DNA from: Epithemia pelagica
Lineage: Eukaryota > Protista > Bacillariophyta
Direction of reading: 5' to 3'
Length of the DNA stretch: 64,000 nucleotides
Assembly: GCA_946965045.2 (NCBI GenBank)
Contig: OX337231.1
Span: forward strand, 620,001-684,000
Shown: piece after piece, positions 1 through 12,292 of the stretch
Position numbering within the stretch: the first letter of the stretch is position 1
Layout of the letters: each line of letters opens with the position of its first letter
Position numbers and translations under genes: made by a program
The notes under the pieces: generated by a model
Database searches by the model: none
Told to the model about the DNA's origin: nothing
What the model saw: the letters and a program-made list of their open reading frames with translations, nothing else

Positions 1-127
1 TGCCAGCCAAAACAAGCTTCGGTCATCTTCATGTTGAAGTGTGAATGTAATCAGCAGAATCACTTTTTATGCTACCACTCTCTATGTTATGCGAGATTGT
101 TCAGGACATATGGCTTGATGGGTCCGT

Positions 128-2105
128 TTAGAAGGTATCAATGTTCTGGTACATGTTTTCAATGTTCATGGGTTCAAACTTTTCCTCCTTCAGTCCATTC
201 ATGTACCAATCCTCGACCGCCTTGGTACGACTCCAATAGTTTGGAAGCCTGTGGGACGGATAAAACAGGGGGCTGATCTGCGAAAACCATGAATTCCCAT
301 GTTCTTCGCTGTACCCAATGGCAAAGGGTGGCTCGTTCTCCTTCTTTTGGTCTTTCAAGTGAAGGTTGATTCCAGTGTGCTGGTACCCACCTGGGGGAAG
401 AACAGGGACAGCGTCGTTTTGATTGGACACACGAATGTGTCGTAGACGTCCCTTGGTTTCAAGCTGCTCAAAGGCTTTGCGAAAGTTACTATCACCCACA
501 TAAGGGGACGCGTATGTCATGCAAATGAGGGGGAAAGGAATGCCTTTTTTCTCCATTCCATCAGAACCCGCGAGCCGGAAGGAAAATAATGTGGCCAAGG
601 CACCTCCAAGACTGTTGGACACGAAAATGAAAGAATCCATGAGATACCGGGAGTGACAAACAAATTTTTCTCAACACGAATGGGATATGCCTCGTACCTG
701 TGACCTGTAACGTAAAGCTGAAAGTTTTTATGGACTTGTTGTCCATTTTCTTCATAGCGGTAGATATCTCTCAACTGATTCATGATCTGTCCATATTTTC
801 TCCGTTTCAGTTTGGCAATATGCTTCGAGTCCTTCTCATTACCCCGTTCTACAATATGGTCAAACAGATAACCTGTTGAGCATAACACCAATGGGTGAGC
901 TTCGGTTCTAGGAACCACACAGTCATTGGAAAGATTCCATGTCGCATCTTCTTACTTTTGAATCCAGAATGAACGCGGATTTTCTGGTCTCCATCAAGGC
1001 CCTCTTCTGAAACCACATTCGGCATTTTCATGGGCCTCAAAAAGAACCGAACATTTGTCATCCAATCTCGAGATACAACACTTCCGCGAAAACAGACCGT
1101 GACACGTTTTAAGTCACTGTTGGCAATGTATACAAGCAAATGACATGAGACGATGAACAATACGCAAGCGAGATAGAAAAGGTGCAAGGCCAAGACTCAC
1201 CGGTTGACTGTAATTCCATACACTAGCTGCGAGTTGGCAAATTGGTCGTCAAATTCCCACAAATATGCATCCTTTCCCCATTTTTTCAGTTGATTAATTG
1301 CTCTGACATTGAGGTCGGAAGCAACTTCCATGTCGTCACTCAAATACCTTAAGGTTTCGTTCGTCAAGACTTTTCGAATGTCTGAAGCCGGAATAGGTTT
1401 TGCCAAGACATTATTCGATCTTCGCCCCTGTGGAGCTTTTTCTCCCCTCCCCATTATAAGTTCGGCATGTTCTAGTTGCGTGCGTCCAGCAAAAGGATTC
1501 CACCACGAGTTCCGAATTCCGCCCTTTCGTACGAGTTTCCTCAGCTGAGAAAAATCATAAATAAGGGATGACACTGTGAAAGTTGACGAAGAAGACAGAG
1601 TGTAAGCAAAACGACTCCGGGAGAGGCCCTTCCCATGAACATGTGTTGCAAGATGTCTATACTTACAACCCATGGTTGCTTCCATTTCTTCAACAATATC
1701 CGAACCACTTTGAAAGGGATTCACCGCTTTTGTTTCCTTCAATTGATCAAGCTTTTCCTTATGGCTTTGTCTTCTGTTTGCCCGAAGAAGGGGAACAGAA
1801 TTGGCGTAGTTTCCATCCGCCACGAGATTGGCCTTGAGAAATGACGGTCTCTTGCACCGTTTATTACGGTACGCCTCGGCGATTTGCTTCTTGTCGCGCT
1901 CTGCTTGTTCATACTGCTCTGAGGCGTCTTGCCATAGTTTATCATACCGTGCGTGCTTCTCGAGCTTTGGAGGTAACTTGGCGTTGGAAGCTTTGCCTGG
2001 CCTGGCTTGAGTTCCAATCAAGGAAAAAAGACCGACCGCCGCGACAACTAGTGAGAAGAATGCGAAGTTGTTTGGTACTTCCATACTGGAATGGATCATT
2101 GACAT
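128..2105 (-). CDS. Class-3 (fungal-type) lipase with N-terminal hydrophobic anchor; 4 exons (2105-1201, 1116-956, 872-698, 611-128), about 574 aa
   Basis: Three GT-AG introns (1117-1200, 873-955, 612-697) join the ORF pieces in frame (1725 nt). Splicing reconstitutes LYVTGHSLGGALATL (GxSxG nucleophile elbow, split by intron 3). Also present: RVTVCFRGS, VHSGF, NQNDAVP (Asp) and SHRLPNY (His). Confidence 0.92.
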
Positions 2106-2417
2106 GTCAAAAAAAGATATGATGTTTTGAATCGACAGTTGTGATTTTATGACACACCGTTCAACCTTATAATATCTTCTGCTCTTCAAAATCTTCGTTC
2201 GTAAGTGGAAGTGACTCTTCGCGCCGTGTCAACTTGCATGCATGATTCCGTAGTCACGACTTTTGTGCTTTGACGAACTCATGGCGCTAGGATTTATAAT
2301 CTTAGGCGGGGATAAGTCTCTTTTCGTTTTGAATTACTATCCTGAATTTCAGAACTTTCCGCTGAAGTTGATTACTTCGCAGCGTGAGCGACCTGCATGC
2401 TCGCTCGGGTGGCAAGA

Positions 2418-3031
2418 TAAGGGCTGGGTAAGCCGATCCATGTTCGGCTAAGTAGGTTCAGTACAAAAGCTACGTAGCGTACATAAAATCCCATAGTACA
2501 CGTATTACCTGAAATGGTAGGAAGTCCGAAAAAATGCAAAAATACTCCACGATGACGGCGAGATCCGTTGATGCCGCATGCATTTACCGATGCATCGCAT
2601 CAACATCCTACTACTGTAAGTTGTTTGAGTTTGCTAGTATTACTGTGTTCTGCAGCTACAGAAGATTTGTCGCGTTGGATCAAAAGGTATACTCATTTTT
2701 CTGTGGTGATGTAATCCAAAAACCTTCCTAACTCCTTCATTTCTCAACGGTGACTGAATCAAATTGAAACCATAGTTGCTCTAGTATTCAAGAGCATTAT
2801 TCTAAAAGTGATTCAGTTAGGCTCAATTATCCATGAAGTTATTGCCATGGGGGTGATTTCTTCGACCATTGTCGAGTGATGGTTTCCGGATTGCATTGTT
2901 TCTCGTGGCAGCAAGTTTTCGATTTGTGACCATTCGCCCCACTTGTTACAGTGATGAAAATAGTACTACGTAGCTTAATGTACTGAGCCTACTTAGCCGA
3001 ACATGGATCGGCTTACAATACCCAGCCCTTA
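2418..3031. mobile_element. MITE-like non-autonomous TIR element (614 bp)
   Basis: About 65-bp imperfect terminal inverted repeats (2418-2482 vs 2963-3031), both reading taagggctggg...taagccgatccatgttcggctaagtagg. Flanked by a direct repeat caaga (2413-2417, 3032-3036). No coding capacity. Confidence 0.75.
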
Positions 3032-3235
3032 CAAGATAGCCCAAGAGCAAGAACAACATATCGCCAAATGTACCAAATTGATATGTTGTCGGTCAAACGT
3101 CAAACTGACGCCACCACAACCTGTATGCATTCCATTTTCTGTCAGTCGACGTCTGGCATACAATATACAATAGAAACTGCTCTAGAGGACTTTTGGACTA
3201 TGATCTCAGCGAAAACGCACTAAAAGACCACATTC

Positions 3236-3332
3236 TTAACAGAACAAAGATGCAGTATATCATGTGACTTTATGTGTTGCTGCAACCATGCTTATCAGGG
3301 CGAGGTGTCGCTCTGATCACTGTCCTCCTCTT
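3236..3332. repeat. Dispersed copy of the 3' end/3'UTR of the gene ending at 5601 (partner 5550-5638)
   Basis: 55-bp identical core tgctgcaaccatgcttatcagggcgaggtgtcgctctgatcactgtcctcctctt at 3278-3332 and 5584-5638, with gapped similarity further left. Confidence 0.9.
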
Positions 3333-3865
3333 GGATGTCGACATGCTGGATTGATTTGGCTTGTTTCCAAACATGGTGACTTGATCTTTGGTCCTCACGA
3401 CTAGGGGACATCGACCAATCTTCAAATCGATACGCTCAAGAATTTCATTTTCGTTGGACTAAACATTAGCTTTATGGACTCAACATCTTTTGTCTTTGTT
3501 CACTACAACGGACGCAAATACCGACCCGCCAAACCGGTACCACAACCTCGACGCGCATCGTCGGGCCGTGTTTGTATTACGGTGGGGGGCCACGTTGAAT
3601 CCACGGTGTCGCTTCATCTCTTTGTCTGTTCTGGCGTGCTGGGGACCCTTTTTTGCGCCTAAACTACACCAGGGATTAACCATGAGGATCCAGGGTGTCC
3701 TTCTGTCGCTAAGTTTGCGCTACGAGGTGTTGGGAAACCTTTTTACGTAAATGGAGTTGCGTTGTTTTCGCTTGTGTCTCGGCCAGGCATTTATTTTTAG
3801 TTGCCGCAGCCGCAAGGGCAGTCTTACTACTAGTAGTCTACAAGGACGATATTAACCAAACATCA

Positions 3866-5221
3866 TCACAATTCATCCAATGCCTGGTCTTGCAGAACAA
3901 AAACAAACAAGTGCCCTTTGACTGGTTCTCCCTTTTCCATTCGGGGTGTAATCTCAGAGTAGTCCTGTAGTTTGTAGCCTGCTTTAGCCGCTGCTTCGAC
4001 AGCGTGCTCTTTGGTGTGGGCAAATCGGCCAGACGGTAGTAACCGCCAGCCCAGTGGAGCTTCTCCACTAGTTGTTCGTTCGCAAGAAAAGATCAATGCA
4101 GCGCCCAGGACAGAAACCTTGGCAAAGCTGGCAACCACGTCATCCAATCGTCCAAAGTAAACCAAAACATCAGCGGCCACTACCAAATCAATTCCCATCG
4201 TGTCGACATTGCTGTTCACAACAGTAAGCAGGGTTGTTTCCACCGTCATTTCTTCCAAATCCATGGCCAAAAAACCATCGTACAAGGCTTCTGCGCTACC
4301 ATCTCTATCATTCGCCTCATCAGAAGGCTGAAGTCCACATCCCTTGGACAAGGTACACTGCCGAGCAATATCGAGCATCTTTTGCGAGGCATCCACCCCA
4401 ATCATGATACCCTTCGGTTTGATCAGAGGACGCAGATATCGTCCGGCTAGACCGGTGCCACAACCGGCGTCTAAAACGGCGTGGTATGGTGTTGTCTGGT
4501 GATTGCGCGCCGCCTGGCCCACCAGCACGGGTACTTGGTAGGCCAAATCTTGTACCAGTTTCTTGTCAAACGAGTCGGCAAAGGAGTCAAACAACTCGGC
4601 GACGAATTCCTTGGGCTTGCGCTGGTGAATTCCGTCCGCTTGCTGTCCGAGCAATTCTTCCAGGGAAGCCGCGGCCTGGGAGTGTGTCGCGTCTAGTGTC
4701 ACGGCGTTGCGCAAATGGTTCTCGGCGTTTTCTCGGCAAACGGCAGTGGACGGTGCGTCTTGGGAGACAGTCTCGGCACCCATGAGCAAGGTGTGCGGTT
4801 GTTGGGCCAACTCGAGACACGCCTCAGCCGACAAGGACAGCAGCAACTGACTGTAGGCATGATACAAGTGCGCCAAGGCCTGGTCGCGTATCGCGTCGTC
4901 GGGTTGTCCCATTTCGTAAATGACACGTTCAATCGTCAAGATGCTTTCTTCGACTGCACCGATACTTTGCAACGACGCGGGTGCGCTGTCGTTATCGTTA
5001 GACGTGGAAAAGTTCAATATTGTGTCGGCCAGTCGTGACCAAGGTTCCCACATTGTTTTGACATCTCTTTGTCTGGCTCTTGACCTGTATTCTTGCATGG
5101 TTTGACGAAACAATTGCTCGGCTGGATCATGTTGCTGTGCATGGACGATTGGGGCCAGTAGACCAATCACTGCAACTAAGAGTACAAGCAGGTCGGAGCT
5201 TCGGGCAATCGATAGTCTCAT
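3866..5221 (-). CDS. Secreted/organellar SAM-dependent methyltransferase, COG4976-like (TPR-associated type)
   Basis: Signal peptide (LLVLLVAVIGLLAPIVHA) and a helical N-terminal region. Motifs: FVAELFDSFADSFDKKLVQDLAYQVP, SAM motif I VLDAGCGTGLAG, GVDASQKML, DLVVAADVLVYFG, SGRFAH. Confidence 0.85.
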   Translation of the reverse strand: MRLSIARSSDLLVLLVAVIGLLAPIVHAQQHDPAEQLFRQTMQEYRSRARQRDVKTMWEPWSRLADTILNFSTSNDNDSAPASLQSIGAVEESILTIERVIYEMGQPDDAIRDQALAHLYHAYSQLLLSLSAEACLELAQQPHTLLMGAETVSQDAPSTAVCRENAENHLRNAVTLDATHSQAAASLEELLGQQADGIHQRKPKEFVAELFDSFADSFDKKLVQDLAYQVPVLVGQAARNHQTTPYHAVLDAGCGTGLAGRYLRPLIKPKGIMIGVDASQKMLDIARQCTLSKGCGLQPSDEANDRDGSAEALYDGFLAMDLEEMTVETTLLTVVNSNVDTMGIDLVVAADVLVYFGRLDDVVASFAKVSVLGAALIFSCERTTSGEAPLGWRLLPSGRFAHTKEHAVEAAAKAGYKLQDYSEITPRMEKGEPVKGHLFVFVLQDQALDEL

Positions 5222-5600
5222 CTTTCACGGCGTGCAGTCGGACGGTATGCAGGATATACTTTTCAAGCTATGGTGTGGTATACTAGCTTGGCAACAGCGC
5301 CTCCTCTTGCTGTTGTTCTTTGGTCCGTGTTGACACTGTTGGTAGTGGAAGGAAATGGTCGAGACGTCTTTGTCACTGATATTATTTTTTGTGCGACCGA
5401 TGAATGAAGGGTGAGTCTTGTTTAGACTCGTCCGTGATTCGATTCAATTCCACGCGCGAAGAACCCGGTTTCGCGTGCCGGCGGCAACGATCTGAACGAA
5501 ATCTCCCCTATTTTAGTCTAAGTCTGGGGGTGACCCCTCATAATTATTTTTAACAGAACAAGGATGATAATTGTGACTTTATGTGCTGCAACCATGCTTA

Positions 5601-6622
5601 TCAGGGCGAGGTGTCGCTCTGATCACTGTCCTCCTCTTCCTCCCCATCTTCAGGCTGGTGTCCACCAAAGAATGCCTTGATTCCGTAGAAGGTCGATGCT
5701 ACAATCGAGGGAATATGGACGACAGCCATCGGTTGTATGTTGTATGGGAAGCACAAAAATGAATTGTTTCGCCAGTACTCCGACCCATCGTGCAAGCATG
5801 TGTCCATAGTTTTTGTAGAAGGTCATGTGACGGTTGTAGAATGAGAGCATCACCACAATGGAGGTAAACAAGGCACCGCCAATGAATTTATTCATGGTAC
5901 GAGCATCCTTGTTCTCTCCAGATGGAACAATGTGTCCAAGTGCAATAGCAGCAATCCAGTTTGACAAACCTTGCAAAAACGTGATTCGTGCCGTCAAGTA
6001 CTCAAACTCAAAGTTGTCTCTCAACAATTGCAACGGTGTAGTGTCTTCCGTGACAGGCACAATCTCATCCATGAAATCCAATGTTCGACTCATGAACATA
6101 GTCCCTGTGACAGTCGTCACAAAGATACTTAAAACCTCCAAGTCAAATGCACTTAGCAACAGTACCCGCGTCAATCGTTTCCAAACTTGATCCATTTGCT
6201 GTCCTCCTTTTCAACATCGAGAGCACCGCTGCCCATGGTCTCGTAAATCGTAGCAATCACGGCACCAGCAACCAAGGCACTAGGATTCCCGAGATTGATG
6301 CACCATTCGTACGCCTGGACCAAAATTCCGGCTACATCTCCCGCACCTCCCGATGCCACAATGGCCATGTTTCGAGTACCTCCACGGACCGTGGCGACGG
6401 CGGCACTCGTCAACAAGGGAGCCCATGCAGCAGCAAGACGAGTGTCGGAGCGACGATTGCCACCATGTCCAACAGATGGTAATGGTTGTCTGCCTCCGAG
6501 AACTTGTTTCTCCGACGAAGGAAAAGTGGTTGACAATGGACGACTCGGTGCCACAACAAAGGCATTTGAGGTGCAATTAAGGAGAAAAGAGTACACAGAA
6601 TCGGGAAAAGAGCAACGAACAT
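5601..6622 (-). pseudogene. Multi-TM family copy A (Orai-like candidate), interrupted by three 1-nt frameshifts
   Basis: The ORF pieces (6622 start, 6171-6596, 5650-6195, 5601-5807) are collinear with intact copy C. Correcting single-base indels in homopolymers at about 6570, 6179 and 5757 restores MFVALFPILCTLFSLIAPSNAFVV...KFGKRLTRVLLL...KQFILCFP. Could be assembly error rather than true decay. Confidence 0.75.
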
Positions 6623-7277
6623 GGTCTTGGCTTTCTCACCGTCTCGCTCTCAGCTTTGCTTTAACCTTATCTTCCTTCCCCCAATCTTCGATGTCTGTGT
6701 CTGTGTGGTTGCCACAGCTGACTTTCCAAGAAGCAAGAAAGCCAAAAGAATAATGCCGAGTGCCGAGTGACAGACAGTCAGTGACGTGTTTCTCAAGTAA
6801 ATGCGTACCGGCATGTATTTCAGAAGTAGACTATCTATCTACTACTCTCTAGGAAAAAAGTGTAGTGTAGGAGTAAGTATTCGTTTACGCGAAGAAACAG
6901 ACAGTCAGTCAGTGTCAGTTCCGCCACGGACCGATGATCAAGAAGAGAGAGAAACTATGGACCATGTCATCTTGTGATCGGATAATACATTTCCTACTTC
7001 CTACAGGTATGTCTATTCGAGGGATGGACTAGCAAAGATCAAGTTTGTGCATCTTCTTCAAAGACTCTTTCTCAACTCCAAGCTCAGGGGATAAGCTCTC
7101 AGAAAGGCCTACCTAGGTAGATCGATAACTCTGGAAAAGGTGAGTACCTCCACCTCGTAAGATCTGCATATGGATATGGGAAAGCTCCGTCGAGGCACAT
7201 CCGCACGCCTACCGTGTTATGCAGTTCCACGTTTCTTGAAACCCAAGTACAACTCACAAAGTCCATGAACCATGTAT

Positions 7278-9174
7278 CTACTCCCCGAAACTCACAATAG
7301 CATCGACGGGTAGATGATCTGACGCAGAGCATACATCCTGCCCTACTCCTACATCTCCCACGGTCGCTGGGCCAGACAAGGTTATTTGTTGATTCACAAC
7401 GATAAAGTCAATACGCGAATGCAAGTTCTGAGATGGACCGACATAGGTGTATCCACGTTCTGGGCAGCTTTCTTCGCTCACACTTGGGCTACAGACGCGG
7501 TCAGCAGCACAGCACTTGGAACTGCCATTGCATTTAGGATTGGCTTCTCGAAAGGCATCTCGAAAGGTGTGTTCCGTAGAGGCATGTGGGCCGGTTGCAT
7601 TCAACAGCATGCGCATGGGTCCATCGTTCAAATACCTTCCCGAAGCAGGAGTGAATCCACTGGCATAGCCAGGAAAGGAAGGATCCGTATCTACGGGGGA
7701 AACGGAATTGAAATCGCCCATCATCAGAATTCCATCGGACTGAGGAATGTTGAAATCCATCCAATACAACAACTTTGCCATGTTGTCATTGCGACGCTTG
7801 TCGTTCGTTTGCCCACCGCAGCATTTTAAGTGAATGCCAACGACATGGACATGTTTGTTATCCTTTCCCACTTTCAACTTCCACACCATAAAGTCATGGG
7901 CCAGGTCGCTCTGTAGGTCCTTACTGTTGAGTTGGAATCGCTGAACAATCGGGAACCGCGTTAGGATCGCATTGGAAGAATGGGGCAAAAATATCCCCTT
8001 GGCCGTATCGCCGAAATAGGGTGCCTCCCCCAAAAAGTGTGCATTGAATTCTTTCATATAAGTATGCAGCAATTTTTTGTTGTTGTTGTCCCAATTTCCC
8101 GCTTCTGTAAACACAATAATGTCTGCATTTTCTTTCTTGACAACATCCTTCCAGCCGGAGGTTCTTTGACCACTCTCCCGAATGTTGTAAGTCATTACCT
8201 TGACTCGAGTGGTTGAGGGCCGCCCAACAAAACGCCCATGCGTCTCTGGGATACGAAGTTTAGTGTCCAAGTCAATGCTCGTATCCTCCTCCACAGGAAT
8301 ATGGAGTATATTAGGTGTCTTGATCGGATGTTCCAAAGCTTTCTCTCGTGCATTTCGCGTGTATCCAGGACAATCAAAGGTTTGACCAAGGTTGACGGTA
8401 CCAGGTGTATGCATCCTTGGATCAACCCAGGTAAATGCATCTCGTGTGCATCCCACACCGGTGAGTTGCAATGAATGTCCAACCGCTGTCGTGGAGGATT
8501 CATGAACGCCAATATCCCTGGCACGCAATCCATCAGCCGGTCCCCCATGGTATATTCGTGTACCGTCGTAGGAAATAAAATCCAGCACGATGCCTGTTCC
8601 ATCCACCAAAGCTACAGCATCGCGGTCTCCATTCTATTTATTGAGGAAGTCAATAATTTCAAACACATTATATGAGTGCATGGAGTGAGATGTTTTCGAC
8701 AGCGCGTCTGGACAATGAAGCTCCACTCACTCACCTGAATGGGTCGTTTATAACACAAGATTAGGGAAATTCCAACTCCAGCATCCAATGGTATCGTGCA
8801 TTTCGAAAAGGGAAGGGTACAGTAGGGGCGTCCCTCACCATCTCCATCGTAAAAGACCATCTTCCATCCTGTCGTATCGGTCCCTGTTGGGTAGGCAATT
8901 TCGACAAATTCGTGGCGGTCGAGACCCATATTATCGTAGTGGAGTTCATTGATCCAAGCAGAAGTATCTGTGGACTGCCAGTTAGTCGATTAAAGAAGAA
9001 AACGGTGAGTACAAGGCAAATCTTGATTCCATTGGACATAAATTGAAGCACAAAACGGACCTGTCCATATACGGAAGAAGCATGCGACAAACAAGCAAAC
9101 ACGAGGGCGGAGAATACAGGCTGACTTCCCATCCTTTGAGAGCAATGATTTTTTGCGCGAGAGCACAATCTCAT
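7278..9174 (-). CDS. Secreted EEP (endonuclease/exonuclease/phosphatase) family protein, paralog 1; 3 exons (9174-9061, 8974-8735, 8633-7278), about 569 aa
   Basis: Signal-like exon 1 and GT-AG introns 8975-9060 and 8634-8734. N-domain WINELHYDNMGLDRHEFVEIA...IQNGDRDAVALVD. EEP motifs MTYNI, VFTEAG, GIHLK, MGDFNS, RIDFI, SDHLPV. Confidence 0.88.
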
Positions 9175-9813
9175 GACGTCCAGAGGTTTTAGTCGAATGA
9201 ATGCCTTGAGCCAGTCACCATGGCGCCTGAGATTTTGTCTTGTTCCTTCTGTTCTAAAATTTTCTATCTTTTTGGAGTCTCATCCATTTTTCTCGTTCCG
9301 AGAAGTGACGTGTCCGTTGCCTGTCGCATGTCGCATGTCGCCTTTTGACTGAACTACCCGATCCAGACATTTGTGTGTGCATAGAAAACGAATTTCGCCC
9401 CTATTCTATGTCTGTTCCATCTCAATGATCATGGAGTCATCAACACGTCAACACAGCAATCATATTATGTACTGATTTTTCTCTCTACTCTCTGTTATTT
9501 AGCTTCTTGGCTTGGCGGAGGAGGGTAATGAAAATTTTCCAGAACAAGTTTCTTCCTGGTGGTAGATACTACGGTATTTCCTACATCTCCTGTCCATTCG
9601 AGGCATGGACTCACAAACAGGTCGAACTTGTACTTCAAAGGCTCATTTTAGCGGCTGACGAACTTAGCATTACTAGCTTCCAAGTCAGAAGGGCTTTACC
9701 GAACTGCTCTTCAGCAAAAATATCGAAAAATTGGAACCTCCACCTCGAAATCAGAATCGGGGGTTGAAACACCTCCGGGCTAGCCATGTCCACCGTGTCG
9801 CACAGTGAGACGT

Positions 9814-11721
9814 TCAGGCTTCTCGTAGCTTGTCGAAGCTCACAATAACATCGACTGGCACATGGTCCGACGCAGAGCACACATCCTTTCCCTTATCTCC
9901 CACGGTGGAAGGGCCAGACAGTGGTATATGTTGATTGAGAATGATATAGTCAATGCGGGACTGCATGTTCCGAGAGGAGTCCACATAGGTGTATCCACGT
10001 TCCGGGCATAAATGTGCGCTCAACCTTGAGCTACAGGGGTGCTCCGCACCACAACATTTGGATTCGACATTGCATGTCGGATTGGCTTGTCGAAAGGCAT
10101 CTCGAAAGGTATGCACCTGCGAGGCAAATGGCTCGGTCGGGTCCAACAGCATGCGAATCGGTCCATCCTTCAAGTTACTTCCTGGCCCTGGAGCGAACCC
10201 ATTGGCATATCCCGGAAAGGATGGATCCGTATCGACTGGAGAGACGGAATTGAAATCGCCCATCATCAGAATTCCATTGGATCGAGCGATATTGGCATCG
10301 ATCCATTCCAACAACTTTTTCATATTGTCAACACGACGATCATTGTTGTTATCTCCACCGCAGCATTTTAAGTGAATGCCAATGACGTAAACATAGTTGT
10401 CTCCCTTTCCCACATTCAATTTCCACACCATAATGTCATGGGCCAAGTTGCTGCCAAGATCCTTATCCTTGAGTTGGAATTTTTGAACAATCGGAAAACG
10501 TGTTAGGATCGCATTGGAGGAAAAGGCTAGTGGTATACCCCTGGCTGTATCACCCAAATAAGGCTTTTCTCCCGGAAAGTATGAATTGAACTCTTTCACA
10601 TATTCTTTCAGTAACTGATTGTTGTTGTCGTCCCAGTTTCCAACTTCTGTGAACACAATAATGTCTGCATTTTCCTCCTTGATGACATCCTTCCAAGCGA
10701 AGGTTCTTTGACCACTCTCCCGAATGTTGTAAGTCATTACCTTGACTCGGGCGGTTGAGGATTTCCCACCACTACGACCATGCGTCTCTGGGATGCGAAG
10801 TTTAGTGTCCAAGTCAATGCTCGTATCCTCCTCCACAGGAATATGAAGTACGTTAGGAACCTTGATCGGCTCTTCTAAAGCTCTTTCTTGGATTTTTGGC
10901 GTGTGTCCAGGACAATCAAAGGTTTGACCAAGGTTGGCGGTACCAGGAGTATGCACCCTTGGATCAACCCAGGTAAATGCATCTCGTGTGCATCCCACAC
11001 CGGTGAGTTGCAATGAATGTCCAACCGCTGTCGTGGAGGATTCATAAACGTCAATGTCCCTGGCACGCAATCCATTAGCCGGTCCTCCATGGTATATTCG
11101 AGTACCCTCGTAGGAGATAAAGTCCAGCACGATGCCTGTTCCATCCACAAAAGCTACAGCGTCGCGGTCTCCATTCTTTATAGTGCGGCAGTCAATCATT
11201 TCAGACACAATAGATGAGTGCCTGGAGTGAGATACTTTGGGGCAACTTGTCTAGACAAAGAAACTTCGACTCACTCACCTGAATGGGTCGTTTATAACAC
11301 ATGATAAGGGAAATACCAACTCCTGTATCCGACGGTATCGTGCATTGTGAAAACGGAAGAGTTCCGTAAGGGTTCCCCTCACCATCTCCATCGTAAAAGA
11401 CCATCTTCCATCCTGTCGTATCAGTACCCGTTGGGTAGGCAATTTCGACAAATTCGTGACGGTCGAGACCCGTATTATCGTAGTGCAGTTCATTGATCCA
11501 AGCATAACCATCCCTGGACTGTCAGTTTGTCGATTCAATGGGAAAATAGTGAGTAAAATGCACGCCTTGATTCTTTGAACGTATATCGAAACACAACGGA
11601 CCTGTCCATTGACGCAAGAAGCACACCACAAAGAAGCAAACAAGAAAGTCGAGACTATAGTATGGCTTCGCATCAATTTGTTTCCACACGGAGTTTCTGT
11701 GCGAGGGCGGGGCATAGTCAT
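9814..11721 (-). CDS. Secreted EEP family protein, paralog 2; 3 exons (11721-11602, 11518-11279, 11175-9814), about 573 aa
   Basis: Same domain order and identical intron positions (11519-11601, 11176-11278) as paralog 1. All EEP catalytic motifs are present (YNI, FTEVG, HLK, GDFNS, RIDY, SDHVP). Confidence 0.88.
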
Positions 11722-12292
11722 AACGTCCGGTGTGTTTCGTCAAAGGAGCGTCGTGAGCTCGTTACCATGGCCGTTGTTGTTGTTGCAGGTTCAGCAGGTT
11801 GCAGTTGGACAGAAGTCTTGTCACAACATCTGTAACCTTGTTTATTTCTCGTGCCGAGAGACAGTGACGTGTCCAGGTCGCACATGAATCACCGACGTGT
11901 TCCGGTCGCACATGAGGGTACCTAAGGTACCTTAATCTTGTGGGCGTGAAGACCCTCTAGCTCTCTAGCTCTCTTTCCCCATATCCCTATTGGCAAATAT
12001 GCAACCACCGGCCTCGACAAACCCTCTTCTGCGTTTTCGATTAACGATGGATAGACAGAAAATGCATTCCTATTACAAAGCCATGGGATTCTGACAAGAC
12101 ATGTAATCCTGCACCCCTGTTCGCAGCTCTATTTTCATTCGGAGCATCCACAGCTACCAGTAGTCCCACCCTCCGGAGTCGATATTTAGGATAAGCAATC
12201 ATCACTTAAACGACTCATTAACTATATTATGTAGGACTGCAACAATTTAGTCTATAGGTCGCAACCGAGTCACCAAAAGCGCTGTTTCCATA

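Noticed and set aside
3290-3700. Small minus-strand gene (GFNVAPHRNTN...ILERIDLKIGRCPLVV)
   Set aside because: The protein-like pieces lie in different frames with no convincing splice sites; at most a remnant.
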